Assembly (NCBI RefSeq): GCF_031769215.1
Contig: NW_026782406.1
Location: 186,001-250,000, forward strand
Source of the DNA: Ylistrum balloti
Taxonomy: Eukaryota
Direction: 5' to 3'
Length of the DNA stretch: 64,000 bases
The notes below the pieces were generated by a model that was given only the letters and a program-made list of their open reading frames with translations, did not search any database and was not told the origin of the DNA. The position numbers were made by a program, and so were the translations under genes. Shown here piece by piece: positions 10,101-23,504 of this stretch (positions are counted from its first letter, which is position 1; the number at the start of each line of letters is the position of its first letter).

Positions 10101-12709
10101 ATTTTAACAAAATACTGAAACAAAATTTAGATTATCGGGAAAAAGTTGACTGTAATTAATTGCTTTTAAAAACTGATTTTAAAAAAAAATCTTTCGAGAA
10201 CCCCGCATGTAACCCATTCTCTGGGACACATACAAAATAATTATATCTGATCTTTAACATCAAGTTCAACAACTTTGAATAACATTACCAACATGACTTA
10301 AATAAAATATTCATTAAAGAAAGAGATTAAAAATAAGGTATTTTGTAAGGGTTAATATCTGTTCAGTAGTCAACGAATACAAAATGTCAGTGAAATTAAA
10401 ATACTTCTTTAATATGTATGAAATATCACGTGAATCATCTTCAGTTCCGATGGATTTGGATGTGAAGTTGAAAGCAGTCATGCTGGGAGCCGTGTTCCTC
10501 ATAGTAAGATTTTACTTCATACAGATTTTAACCTTATGATGAGTTTTACAAAGAATTTAAAGATAAATGGCGTAGATAAAGCAAATGACAAACTGAGAAT
10601 GTATTAATATTTCTGTAGTGGTAACATTAATTTAGTTTTTACTGAATTTAATCTAACTCAGATTATTGTGTGTTAACTTATATATAGCATTAATGCGAAA
10701 TTACCGACTCATTTCATCTTAGTGAAATGATGTTGATATATAGTCAAATCCGTCTATGAAGATCACTGAAGAGAGCAGAGGAAAATGGCAGTTATACACA
10801 GGTGGCCTTTACACAGAGGTTCAGTTACTATGCATTACATATAGGCCTTTATGGACAGGTGAATTTCTATAAAGGTGGTCGTCAAGATAGGTTATACGTT
10901 AGGCTGTATCTAAACTATCAAATTGATAACCAAATCATTTGAATTTAGAGTAAAACTTCACTGTCTTTTGAAAGAAACATGTGTTCAGTGGTGAGATAAA
11001 AGTGTAAAATAAAGATGATCTTTTAATACAAAAAGACAATATTTCTCCTGTGCTACATACATCAGTTATAATGATAATAACAATTATGCACATTAACTTC
11101 AATTGTTACATAGAATTTGCTGTATGATTATAATTGCAGCAGCGTTATGTGCCAAATGGCACATCTTAATCCATGGATGCAAGACACGTAATTTAAGACA
11201 GACAGATTTCGGAAAGATTTCATTAGATTTAATTTTTTCATGAAAAATCATAACTTATTTTGTACAAAAGAGTTATTTAATATATATATATATATATTTT
11301 AAAAATCCGGTCTTCAGTAGTATTTTTGATATGAATGACCTAATTTCAAACTAAAATGGACGTTGCATAACAAAACGATTATTTATCTTGGATTTGAATA
11401 CATATACTAATTTGGACTTGGGTCTTCTTTCTGTGAATAGTATATTTAATCAACATATTATCCAAAACGCAGATAATACAAACCTTTTAAGGTCAACTAT
11501 TTTAGGTAACCACAAGCACATATGACCTGACTCTTCTTCATTATTAAGCATCACCTTTAATGCTTCTGCGAAATCTTCTGCAAAATCTTAACATCATTTT
11601 ATCTGCAATATTTAAACAATGTATACTACGTACTTACACCATCCTCTGGTATTCTCTTGATAAATCAAATAGATAAAGATTATTAAGGATACAACCACTT
11701 CAAATGATGATAAAATTATTACCAGGCCATGAAGTAGAATAAAATATTAAATTTCAGTGAATATATATATGTAGAATGGTGAGCTAGAACACCAGTGGTA
11801 ATACTACTATACTGACATTCCATTTTCATCAAGCAAAGAAATAAATATGTAAAACTATAACGTTATCAGCTCGTATTTGGGACGAGATTCGATACACTCG
11901 TCCTCATAACTCTGTCACCATGTCTGGTAGTAAAGCCAATGTGTTGTTTACGCTTCATGTTTATATCTAATGCTCTAAACTTAGAAGTACAAATGAATAG
12001 ATATATCCATTCAAAATACTTGTATTAGTGTACGAAGGGAGGTAACGTGGTTGAGATTTTGAAACTGATGAAACAGCTGTATGATGCACATTGACTCATT
12101 GCTGGACTCTACTGCATCTTACTCTAAATTATTAAAAGGTCTTATCTACCTATGTATCTTTGGTACATATTAAAATAGCAGATAGTAGACACTGCTGTTT
12201 AATTTCAAGTCCCCGAGGCTTACTGTAACTTGCATGCGACGTTTTAGTTCATTTGAATAGGGTCACGGTTCAGAACATACACGTATACTAAGATATACAC
12301 ATGCACTTAAGAACGAATTTGCTGTATATTACAGTTTAATTCATTGTTTGACTCTGCTATATCTAACTCTAAATTGTTAAAAGATAATATTCACTTGTAT
12401 ATCTTTTGCACAAATTTTAAAACACAGCAGTAAAAACTGAACATTAAAATAAGAGTGTATATCGATAACAAATCAAGTAGCACATCTCACCTTAAACATC
12501 CCCAATAGTATGTAAACGTTTTCATATTTTCTTTCTAGATATGTGAACGCAATAAATGAATATACAATAATCGAAATAAAATACCATTTAAACCACAAAA
12601 TTGTATTTTTTATTACTGCATTTGATAACGTTTATGACGTAGAAGATTTTTCCTCTTTTTTTTCCAGGATTTTATATTTTTTGAACAGAAACAGAACTTA
12701 CATCATTGA
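4137..12709 (+). CDS. Phospholipid scramblase family protein (PLSCR-like), 9 coding exons, 277 aa
   Basis: Exons 4137-4197, 5278-5445, 6749-6826, 7693-7769, 8221-8351, 9249-9363, 9912-10014, 10445-10503 and 12668-12709 all have GT-AG boundaries and consistent phases, total 834 nt. The spliced product contains [97 protein letters not shown], the hallmark scramblase motifs. The first exon (MSAKQPRQ...) is the least certain. Confidence 0.93.
4819..4860 (+). ncRNA. Degenerate single copy of the 45-bp hammerhead unit (inactive)
   Basis: atcgCTGACGAatacTAGAAagacAAAAcggttatatgatg aligns to the array unit. Stem II is disrupted and GAAA is changed to AAAA. It is preceded (4764-4790) by gtcacttttgatttccttcag, also seen upstream of the 48608 array. 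Confidence 0.6.
6223..6461. mobile_element. MITE (239 bp) with about 70-bp terminal inverted repeats and CTG target-site duplication, PIF/Harbinger-like
   Basis: Left gccccatttgtataaaacatctcaacttgagatttcctcaagtcgagattttcctcagctgatatctcct and right aggagatattagctgaggaaaatctcgacttgaggaaatctcaagttgagatgttttatacaagtggggc are near-perfect reverse complements. CTG is at 6220-6222 and 6462-6464. No coding capacity; lies in scramblase intron 2. Confidence 0.88.
6862..7225. repeat. 54-bp minisatellite, about 7 copies, in scramblase intron 3
   Basis: Unit caggtatataaccacgcttctcaccagtgtgagattgccttgttttaccccaaa starts at 6862, 6914, 6968, 7022, 7076, 7130 and 7179. Confidence 0.95.
8495..8610 (-). mobile_element. 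Penelope-like 3' tail fragment (scramblase intron)
   Basis: Reverse complement reads atggcttgtgtcaacgatgaagcaaatgacgcttactcttacggaacatctggtc, the same motif as 3095-3150, 9050-9100 and 39695-39735. Confidence 0.6.
9040..9110 (+). mobile_element. Penelope-like 3' tail fragment (scramblase intron)
   Basis: catggcgggtgtcgtcgatgaagcagtagacgcttactcttccagaaca matches the recurrent tail motif. Confidence 0.6.
9755..9830 (+). mobile_element. Possible 5' end of a Helentron-associated (HINE-like) non-autonomous element
   Basis: gagctcacctggtctaaaggatcggtgtgcttatgtcatggcgcggcc resembles the subterminal hairpin end of bivalve Helentron-type repeats. Recognition is from memory only. Confidence 0.35.
12065..12086 (+). 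ncRNA. Hammerhead-unit relic with stem II deleted
   Basis: CTGATGAAACAGCTGTATGATG is the core CTGATGA fused directly to AACAGCTGTATGATG of the 45-bp unit. Sequence at 12360-12420 resembles the 3' flank of the 49728 array end. Confidence 0.6.
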
Positions 12710-14249
12710 TGTCTCCATTCCATCAGAACCTTCAGCAGTGGAGAAAGATTTCTACGTAGATAAGTTAACCGTATCAAAGTTTTTACCAATACGGTTGGGA
12801 TTGTTGTTAAATAATTAAGTAATGCAATGCAGACATATAAGCATGAAGAAGTTCAGAATTTATCTATATTGCAATCTCACATCATAAGTTTTAATGTAAT
12901 GTGCAAAAAAGCTTTGGCAAAGATATTAAAAATGTTGAATCTCCATTATATACCAATATATACCATTGTAAGCATAGCTACGCAGAATCATCATCTGATA
13001 CAAAATGTAGCGAATTGGAAGACAGTAGTCGTCTATTGAACAAAAACAGTAAGACAAAAGTAAGCTTATTATTATATGTAACATAAGTAATATAAGAACA
13101 GAAGGTTGGCATCCTTTTTTGTCAAAATATCTTGAACATGATATAGTCAAAGAGATGTTCCCACTTTTGTCTAAAAATCATACATATTTTGTATTAGTGC
13201 ATGAAGAAATATAGTGCATAATGCAAAGTCATAGAATAGTTTTCTCTCTCTTAAATGGAACCTACATCTCCGTTTGACCTAGCGTTCAAAAGAGAGTAGT
13301 ATTAGTTGTGACCATTCCGACAATGAAACAAAGAATTGTCAGTTGTAGAAAAACGAATACTCATTTAATGTAAAGTAACATTTAAAATGAATCAGATCCG
13401 TGTAATTATTGTGTCTGTATTTACGCAGCGAGTCTTTCTATCAGAAACTATGTCACCTACTTCGCTCTCTGCTGCTCACATGTATCGTCCCATGAATTAT
13501 TTAGAGGCAAAAGCGAGATAAAAAGTATATACAGCCATGTTTATTTCCATTTTTAATTTCCATCGAGAGTATTGTTATTTAAATTAGGTGATCAGGACAG
13601 GAAAAACCCATAAAAAGCTCCTTACAACTTCGCTAAGATACAGTCATTGAACACAAAGGCAATACAAAGTGTAGATATCAATATCCCCACCAGACCAAAT
13701 ATAGTTATCTTTAAACAAATCCGATTGATATACACTGTTATCGATTTGATTAATTTCTCATCACAGTCATGACATCCATAAAGTAGTATGTTTAGATTTT
13801 TGTGATCATGTTAAGTATCATCGAATTGTATTAGAGAGTTAACACGTGATGGATCAAAGTTGTGCTCATGTAAAACAGCAACTTGCCCTTCTATACACTT
13901 GATTATTGAAATATATCTAGTCGTCCTTAGTAGATAATTTTCATTTTCAGTATGATACATACAAGGCGTTTTCAGCTTTGGAGATTTTTTATGATGAATG
14001 TAAAATATCAATATGAAATTGTTGTTCTTACGTTTATCAGAAAGAGATTCCCAAAAACCCCTTTATTTAATTTATTGAAATTGCTTCATAAAGGTATATC
14101 CTACGTTATATAAATTTGTAAAGGGATATTTCCTGAAATTCGTTTTTAGTTGTTTTAATACATTTAGCCTTTTAAATGCTCTCATATGTATATAAATTAC
14201 ATGATAAGTCTATTCAGAAAAGATATTACCTTACAGTTTTCATTTGTAG

Positions 14250-14540
14250 TGAGGTTTTAAACTTGGCTGCTGTTAATACAAAATATCGGGATGAATGTTT
14301 CCTTTCCTAGTGAATATCATGGATAAATGTTTCGAAGGGTTAAATTTGATATCCCCAGACACTAATATTTGAAGGGTTTTCCTAAACTATTTTAGCTATA
14401 TCAACATTTTCACATATTTCAATGAAATATGTATCATTAGAAAAAATTATCTCACTTCTCGAAGTATCTGCTATATCTTGAATATATAAAAGATATAATA
14501 ACGGACCTAAAACCGATCCCTGTTGAACACGGCAAACAAC
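14250..14540 (-). mobile_element. CR1/L2-type LINE reverse transcriptase relic
   Basis: Minus strand translates RVQQGSVLGPL, then after a frameshift YIQDIADTSRSEIIFSNDTYF, a degenerate version of GVPQGSVLGPLLF.IYINDI...LFADDT. Confidence 0.65.
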
Positions 14541-16389
14541 TTAATCAGTACTCACAGTATCGGCTATTACATAAGTATATGATAGAAATAAAAACAGAAT
14601 TTCAGCTTTTATTGATTTATAAAATGTCATCGGTTAAACAGACTGTGTTTTACCTGACAAATGTATCATTTGTAAACGAACTCTGCAAGTTTCCTTTAAT
14701 AACACAGTATTATAATAAACACCTTTGATGATATATAATTTATATTCATATATGCAATAGTCTATCAGCAAGTTTCCTTTGATATCACATTATTCTAAAT
14801 TATATATTTTTATATATATCTTATATTCATATATGCAACAGTGTATCGAAGGTTTTGACACAAAATAGAGATCGGCCTTGTCCTTTATAAAGGGAATCCA
14901 TAATAGTATGATACATACATGTATATCGATAGAAGTTGATCCAATCATGAATCTCCTGAAATAAAACTTGACAAATTCTTTGAAATGAAGGCTACTTTTT
15001 TCTGTTAATTTGCTAAAGCGGGAGGTACTTAAATGGAACAGTAGTTAGAGACATATTTTTTCACAATTGCCTATGTAAAAAGCGTAAAAAGTATTGATGT
15101 TTGCAGCCTACCAAGACAATGGGATAGAGCCAATTCCCACAGCTTTGTTATAAAGGAAGGTAAGAGGTGGCGTGATAGAGTGTTAGTACTTTTTACAATG
15201 TTTTGGACAAATCCTTCAAGACAAGCGGCCTTTTTCCTGTTTAAAGTAGAAACTTTATCTTAAATATCCTGTTGGTGGAACATAACGGTATCAATTAGGA
15301 AAGGAAAAATGAGGAGGAGGGAAAAGGTCAAGAACGGTTGATGATGTAGAGATAGAAGAATAGGAAGTATTCAGAAATTCTGCTTTATCTAAAGAATATT
15401 GAAACATAAAGCAATTATCGTTTAGAAGGGGACGCTGCTTGAGTATTGTCATCTTTAAAACACAGAATTTGGTATTTTCCAGCACTTAACAGAAGATAAA
15501 CAAATGTTATTCTAAGAATAGTCAGATTTCGAGAGTTATCTTTTTGTTTCTGTAATTGAACAGTTTCGTTTCTAACTACCAATCTATAATTTTCCCAATG
15601 AGTAGCAGAGCACGAATCAGCAGCACTTTTATGTATATATATAATTTCGTTGTCTTTTTTCTAGCATGATAATATTAGTTAACCAAGGTTTGTCATTCGG
15701 TTCTATTGTAACAGAACGATGAGGTATGTATTCCCAACTGTCATTATCACTAATATTCCGAAAAATCCTATCAATGTCTGCGTTATGGGGTCACCGAGTA
15801 CGATCTGGAAAAATAAAATGAATTTTGTTTCGTGTGGTGATAAGTGGAGATGAAGAAGTCCAAACGCTGCTCGGGTGTTAAAGGTTTATTGAGATGTAGG
15901 CTATGGAGAGATGGAACACTCACATGCCTTCAAGAAACCGAGACATACTGGCTAGAAAGGTGGTCGTATTTATACTAGCCATGTTAATTAACTGATAAAG
16001 TAATATTATACATTAGTTAACATGCAAATAAGTATTGAATAATACACGAGTTATTGACATGGTCTTACGCACATAAATGACAATAAATTCGGCTTTTTAC
16101 AACAAGATAAGGTTACACTGACTTTCAGACAAGGGATCGAAACAATACATGAACATATGTAGTAGATCAGCAACGACAGAATATCTCTGGCCACTGGTCA
16201 ATACACAATTCTTCACAGTAGATGTCAGTAATAAATTAATTCTAGCAGATACATTATGATGAAACATGTGACTTACAAAAACCAATGTTACAATTTTGAA
16301 TAATTAGATTAACTTGCATATGAACTTTTAATAATTCAGAAATCGCAAGCGGCCACACGTGACTATGATTACAGTTCTGTTTTCCCGTA

Positions 16390-17450
16390 GTCGCCACCTT
16401 GCGACCTACCCCCATTGTAATCTTTATCCGCTTTGTCCTACCTGTGTCCTACCTGTGTCTACCTGTGTCTACCTGTGACCTACATGTGTCCTACCTGTGT
16501 ACTACCTTTGTCCTACCTGTGTCCTACATGTGTCCTACCTTTGTCCTACCTGTGTTCTATACGCTCTATAGACGCTCTACAAACGTCTATCCACTCGATT
16601 CGACGTGATCAGAACACGACCAAGGCTCGTTCTGTTCTGCGACATAGTGTCGATCTCTCGGCAATCTATCCTCGCAAGCGTGCAAGTTCGGCCGATCAAG
16701 ACTCGATCTCAGCCGATCTAGCTACGTACGAATTGTAACGTACTCTCGACCAGTACGATGTAGATGGGATCAAAAACGTTCTAGCCACGATCTTGATTTT
16801 TCTCAACAGATTCTCGTCCAAGTTACGCGCAAATTTGTCGTGGTTACCTGGATTTACTCTCAAACTCTACAACCGTATCAAAATGCCCGGCGATTGGTGG
16901 CCGGTCATCAGTTTTTCACCAGCCTTCGAAGGGACAACATGTACCCAATCACTTTGCATTATGTTTTTACAGCACCATGCCCTGAAACTGCAGCAACCCT
17001 CTGATAATACTAACTATGCTGAAGATAGGGAGAAAGAAGTATGTCATGAAGAATAATTTGGTTGCTGGCTAGGAAGGCACATCATAGTCAGCACACCTCC
17101 CTCATGAAAGAACTGAGGCTGGAAGACAAAGTTATCTACCGGCCGTATCTACGTATGTTTCCGGAGATGTCTACACCTTGCAAGCGGCAAAGACTACCCA
17201 AACCTGTCCTACGACTGCAGCGCCATACCGTAGCCACCTTCGTTCTTCTGGTGTGTCAAGTTGACGAGTACAAACATGAAGTTATTACCTGCCCTAGCAC
17301 AGCTGCAGCGTGTAAGGTCGTAGAGAACGGTGTTATGTGTCGTGGGCGAAAGCTGAGCGCTTATGATGACTGATTGACTTTCGCCCAATTGATATGGTTT
17401 TCAGTAGGCGTGGCTTAATCGAATCAGGCGCAGGTAGGTCGCAACTTTAG
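16390..17450 (+). mobile_element. Decayed PIF/Harbinger-type DNA transposon
   Basis: GC-rich island. ORF 17062-17373 contains SLMKELRLEDKVIYRPYLRMFPEM and HTVATFVLLVCQVDEYKHEVITCPSTAA, resembling Harbinger transposase N-terminal segments. A perfect 12-bp inverted repeat occurs as ttgcgacctacc (16399-16410) and ggtaggtcgcaa (17433-17444). No intact DDE domain. Confidence 0.6.
16435..16556. repeat. Short-period (about 11 bp) cctacctgtgt repeat inside the Harbinger relic
   Basis: About 11 imperfect copies of (gt)cctacctgtgt; explains ORFs 16399-16608 and 16433-16738. Confidence 0.85.
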
Positions 17451-19487
17451 CGAGGTCGACCTTTATCGTTGCAGCTTAAAAACACGTAAATCGCACTTTA
17501 ATCCTCTTATCTGTATCCAGTCTTGTCCATGGAAAATGTAGGTAGAGAACTGGTCCGGGGAAGGTCTGGGACAGGTCGCGCGGAGCGAGACTTGATTGCA
17601 AAAGAGGGAAAATAGATCGCACGGATCGAGCAGCAAGACAATGTGCGCTATCAGTTATCGGTAGAGAAGACTGAACATCGCTCATCCCCGCCTTAACGTC
17701 GATTGTCCCTCATCCAGTGCGTCCTTTCCTCAACTTTTCACGCTCTTTCCTTTCTACGCCCTCTGTGCGTTTAAGGTCGAAAAAACAGCGCTACGATCTC
17801 CTTTTCGGGAAAACCGTAGTAGACCAAGGCTTGACCAGCTGTCGATCAGTCATCGATTACGTGGGACAAAGTCATGCTCTTAGATCGTCTTTCGTTAAGA
17901 TTTCTGGGTAAAATGATAATTTTATGATAATCACACAAGATTTTCTTACGTGAAATTTACTTAAATACTGTAGACTGCATACAAAACTGTGATCGCATTA
18001 TTTCGGATTACTGTAATAAATGCAGAAACGCTACTGTATGTAGATATGTATATTGCCTATTAATTACAAAGCGTGCTTGCTACGCAGTGACTACCTATGA
18101 GTGCCCTGCGCACGGCTCCTGTGTAACAACGACGATGCTGTCTACACAACATAGTTCTAACTGGGCACTGTTCAAAATTCAGTTTTTCTACAACGATTTT
18201 TTCAATCATTGCTTATTCACCTGTTTAGCATATACTGCTAGCAGTCAGATTCTCCTTCTAGAGTATGACGAACTCTTCTTTTTCATACACTAAGTCCGTA
18301 CCACTTCGGGCTTATTTAGGTAAGATAGATTATTCCATTTTCACATTACGTCACAGCTTCTTCGGTTCTGACGAACGTTTGCTTTATATAACAGATTATA
18401 CATGATAACAAGCAACAGATTACATCTACAACGACAAACTAATACATACTATCTCAGAAAACGTCACTTTCCTGAACGTGATGTATTTTTAGAAAAATAG
18501 AAAGAAACAGCATATGCCCTACGTCAATATTTACAAATGATATATTCATGTTTTATAAAATGAAGATGTAGGTGTTATGTTTGTGTGGAAACAGATTCAT
18601 TGTACACAGACGCCATCTGTGACCATCTGGACGCCGCAGTGTATTAAGTATCCACTATTGCTCGTCCAATATACTAAAAGGCTGTCAGTATGACTTACAA
18701 TCTTCGTGTTTCGTCCTTTGTCGTGAGCCATCCGCCGTGCGTGAACTTTCCACATAACAGAATGCTAATTTTTGGCCCGTAGCATACTAGGATAAAAGAC
18801 TAGCAAATTTGCTAAAATCTTTCAACGACTTCTTCTCAGTTACCAAAAGTCCAAGAGCACTGATATCGGGCCCGTAACAAGCTACAATGAATGGCTATCA
18901 AATTTGTTTAAATGAATTAATTTGATCCACTTTCAATGTCACATGGATCAGAACTTTGAAGGTCACGGGGGCCCATTGTGTCGGGAAATTAAAATTTCTT
19001 CTCTCAAAACAGCAAGAGGCCATAGGACATATGTATGAGGAATAGGATAAGTTTGCAGAAATTAACTTTATGAACCAACAAAGTTTCCTTTGTCTGCTGT
19101 GAAATAAAGGCCCAGTTGACCTCTATAATAGATATAGATGACCGTTAAAGCCCACGTGTCTTTAATTATTATTGCTCTATCCAGGGGTTGTCGCCGTGTT
19201 AATATTTCTCTTGCTCATATTTTAGCCCTAGTTTAATTAAATTTTAGTTTGGATTATCATTTTGTTGACCAATTGGTATTTTCTGGTTGTTTCTATATGC
19301 ATAGATGAACGTTGTTTGCTAATAGACGGAGTGAAAGACAAACGGAAACTTTACAGATATGACAATGACGGTGTGGACATATCACGATTTTCATCACTTA
19401 CAAGCACGAAACAAAATGTGCAAATCCATGTAATGAATACGAATGTGCAATATCAGAGACATAGGGTTATCGCAACCAAATTCTACA

Positions 19488-22400
19488 TCATTTGGCGCTG
19501 TTGGCTTCGCATATGAACGGGTGTTTTTTGTAGCAAAACTTGTCACTGAGCTTGCCGTATATTGTTAATGTGTAGCATGTTTTAGTTCCTGCACCCTCGT
19601 CTATTGGATGTGCAAGCTCACCTGTCGACCATCTCACTTCCCCGTCGGAGTTTTTGGACGCTCCAACCCACCAAGTATATTCTAGAAAAAGAATGAAACT
19701 CTTTGCTAGTTGAATCACAAGATAATATTACATGTTTAAAACAAATCAAAACTACAAGGTAGAACTGGTAAATATTGTCATACTTCATTAGTGAAAGCGG
19801 AAGCAGTTGCCAATGGTTGGAGAATCATCTTTAGAAATATAAGTCACGTGGTCTTTCGGAATGTTTTAGAATTTGTACACTGTGAAAAAGTGGCAAAACA
19901 CGCTAGCCTAAATGTGTTTGTCTACTCAAACAAAGGGCGATGCGTTCATAATCTTCTGATACAAAACATATTTCTATGAGAGAGCATGAGATTTGTTAAT
20001 GGTGAGATACATGACCAACATATTTATATATTAGACCATAAATCTGTGGTCTGCTTTAGCGCCTATTAGATAAAATTGGGATATAGATTATATCTCATAC
20101 CTTCATATTGCTGTATTGAATCAGTCACAACCTTCAATTTCATAGGCGTGTTCAAAACAGCCAGCCTTCCATTGAATACCTCACACATCGTTATGGCTGA
20201 TGTTTCTTTTTCCTTGGTTGGATACAATCCAAAATATGATCCATTAACTCTGATAAAAGTTGCGTCATACAGATTGTATTGAGCTACAACTAAAGCATAT
20301 AAAAAATTTATAGTTTAAACTACTTCTTATTGGCGCTCAGTAAAATGGAAGTCTTTAAAAAAAGGTTGTTTTTTTGGTATTTCCGTTGGTTTTTTTATTA
20401 AACTTTATTTGGAAAAAAAGTCAAGTTATCCTACCATAACATTTAATTTAGATTTGAAAATGAAACGAATCATTATTACAAAACAATAAAACGTTACATG
20501 TATATCCTTGACAAAGAGCAAATACAGTAGTGATGCTATACGTCTTATAACTAAATACATCCCTTACCTCCATCGACAACACATGTATGTCCTCCTCTCT
20601 CCAACTTAACACACATAGATTGCGGACAACCGTTCAGTTTGCAGGTTCCAAAAATTGACTAAAACGAGAGTGAAATAAGAATTTAGCAAGCAGAGAGAAT
20701 GTAATATTTTTATATAAAGAAAATCATTTGTATGAAATATTTGATGCAGTACAAACATCTTCTGTTTTGTACCTGAAACGGAACGAAAACGACTGTCACT
20801 TTCCATAATAGTTCAGTGACACTGATAAAAATTGAATGTTTTAGGACAAAGATTTTTTTTTAGATATCCATTTATTTTCACGGGTCAAAACTAATTTCAG
20901 TAACCTTTCCCAATCCGTATGTAATTGAAGATGTGACGTGAAACGTGCTAGTGTGAAAACAATACCATCTCTAATAGATCTAATGTTGGGGAAGATTGCT
21001 TTGTTGTTCCGGGATCTGACGTGAGAGGAAACAATGAGATAAACAACATTTATGAAGAAAACAATTGCCACTAATATACATTGTAGATTAAGCAAATAAA
21101 TTGCAAGTAAATTGTTTGAAAAAAAAACTGACTCTGTGTAGTACGTATGCTTTAAAGCAAATTGAAATAACCAACATTTAAACTAAATCGTAATTCAAAT
21201 TCGAAATTCATGAAGTATGGGTAGTTTTGAACAAATTGAATTTTACACGTACACGGGCAAAGAACATATCTCAACTCTCTGTCGCAAAAAAGGTAACATA
21301 TTTCTTAACAGTATTGTTGCGACCATAAAAGCTTCATATAGTCCCCGGTATCTCGTGTATTTGTCGTGAGTTTATTGACCAGCTGGCGATACCTTTATCA
21401 GAGAGAAACCATCGAGAATCGAATCAACTGCGACAACGTTGGTCTGGGAAGTCAGAATAGTCATAACATCATACAGAGTAGTAAGAAACTCTCCCTGTTA
21501 GTGATAAAAAAAGGAACCGATATAGGAGAGTCTGTCGCGTCCTTGATTTCAAATCCTGATAAGTGCGCATGATGAGCTTGGTCAAAATATTTCTATTCAT
21601 TTAAAGAAAAGGACATGGTTAATATATCGTAAAGTTATATTAAAATACTTGACAGATGTTGCAGAATTTAGTGTTGTCGTTTAATCTCGTTAACAACGTT
21701 TGTGTTGCAGCATATCAACGGACAATTATGATAGAGATGTAATTACAAGCCACATTCAACCAATAGCCAATAACAAAACACGAAAACTCTTTTCAAGTAT
21801 GTTTCTATAAAAAAGTATGTGTCATTTGAAGAATAATACAAAAAATATATATAAAAATGATTTGTTGAAAAAGCAATTGGCACTAGGATATCCATTTTAT
21901 ACCCGATGATTGTGATAAACATCTGTCGTTCTTTATTTATCAACTTGAAGAAAATATTTGTAGTCAACGTTTCTCAATATTTGTTATTAGTATTTCTTTT
22001 TCTATAATTTTATTAGTGAAATATTCGAAAACCAGCAGATGATCATAATATTCACGAATAGTATAACCAACACGGGATGCCATAACAATTATAGTTATTA
22101 TAATAACAGTGATGAAGACGATATTTTTTGAAAAGACAAGTTTATTCTCGAAGTAAAATCTATTTCATATCCTTTGAAATAAAACATTCTAGATGTTTTC
22201 GTTATTAAAACTATTGAAATTTCATGGAATTGTATTACTTTAAGTTTACCTTTAAGATATTGCTTGTTTTTATCATTATCAAGCAGCTTGGTTAGTGGAT
22301 GGAAACTGTGCATATGAAAAGATGATCATATTTATGATATAGCAGTTACCTTTAAGAAACCACAGATTGAATTTTAATCATGTTTCACTATAAACCTACC

Positions 22401-22705
22401 TGTTTGATGTCAGTTTTCCTCTTGTACAGATTGACAGCAGGTATTTGTGAGGTGGTCACGCAACTAGTGCCAATGTATAGACGACATTCTAGAAGATCTT
22501 TAATGTATTCTAATACATCGCATTCGGAATAACGAACACATTCCTTTTGACAAAGGATGTAGCCGATTGGGTAAAACGTTAGGAAAGGAAATTCACACTG
22601 TAAGTCACTCGCTGATTCCGTCAAAAACGACACAAAATCCTCGGCATCCACATTTGTCAATAGATGGGCAACCAAATACACTTTTATCACGTGAACTAGA
22701 TCCAT
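19488..22705 (-). CDS. Secreted protein with PAN/apple-like domain, short Cys-rich linker and C-type lectin-like domain, 4 exons, 259 aa
   Basis: Exons 22705-22400 (MDLVHVIKVYLVAHLLTNVDA signal-like; CQKECVRYSECDVLEYIKDLLECRLY PAN pattern), 20658-20568 (CKLNGCPQSMCVKLERGGHTCV), 20289-20101 (SAITMCEVFNGRLAVLNT) and 19681-19488 (WWVGAS...RWSTG...CYTL...KFCYKKHPFICE). GT-AG boundaries, phases 0/1/1 consistent, 780 nt. Confidence 0.85.
21345..21575 (-). mobile_element. Internally deleted Penelope-like RT C-terminal relic
   Basis: Minus-strand fragments FEIKDATDS, SQLIRFS and RYRQLVNK correspond to the same PLE RT C-terminus as 2645-2955. Confidence 0.5.
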
Positions 22706-23504
22706 TCTCTCATTTACAATTGACTGTTACATACATAATACGCCAATGGATTTGTTGTTCAATAAATTGTACAAAACAACAAAGAAAATACCGACAGAAT
22801 CTTATATCAAGCAGAAAGTTGATGAAAACTTGGCAAAGTAAGAACAAAAGAAATATTTACATAGACTCCAGATTGAAAATACATTTCCACAAAGAGTATT
22901 TAAAGTTGTGCAATCGATGAACATGCTATTCTTTTCAATCGCACGTACTCAGACATTCCGACGAGAACATTGCTCCATCTTTATAACCTTGTAGCACTAG
23001 TGCGTCTGGTTGGATCATCCTTAATTTGAGGCAGATCTACTCTATAATTTATATGTTATATATTGACGCGGTTACAATATACTGTATGATGCTTGGCGAT
23101 CATCCAAGTCGTGCCAATTTTTAATTTTTTTTGGATACGCTTCACTGGGCTTCCGTAGATGGAGATCAGGATAAAAAAAAATCCGGCCCATTGGTTTTAT
23201 AGTTACTTATCGGCTGCAAACATAGCAAACTCATATCAAGCAAGAAATATATCTAAGAGAGATTTTCGATGGCGACCAGATGACCTTCATAATGACCTTG
23301 TCAATTTGCATCTCCCGAAAATCCTGATTATTCTTAACATATAACTCCATGGTAAACAATCACTGCTGGTTTCGTTGTAAGTATATACCGAAGTAGTTAA
23401 ATTTCAAGCCACGTAGTCTATGATTGTGATCTGTACTGTTTCCTAGTTTGTGAAAAATACATCCGAAACAAAGAGGAAATATATGGAGAACGAAATCATA
23501 TAAA

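Noticed and set aside
15835-16065. Possible solo LTR on the minus strand (TATAAATA followed about 85 nt later by AATAAA)
   Set aside because: Could not find matching TG...CA ends with a target-site duplication or a second copy.
20841-21095. ORF with a hydrophobic N-terminus as first exon of the lectin gene
   Set aside because: No good phase 0 donor and a non-ATG start. Exon 22705-22400 gives a better signal peptide, PAN pattern and matching phase.
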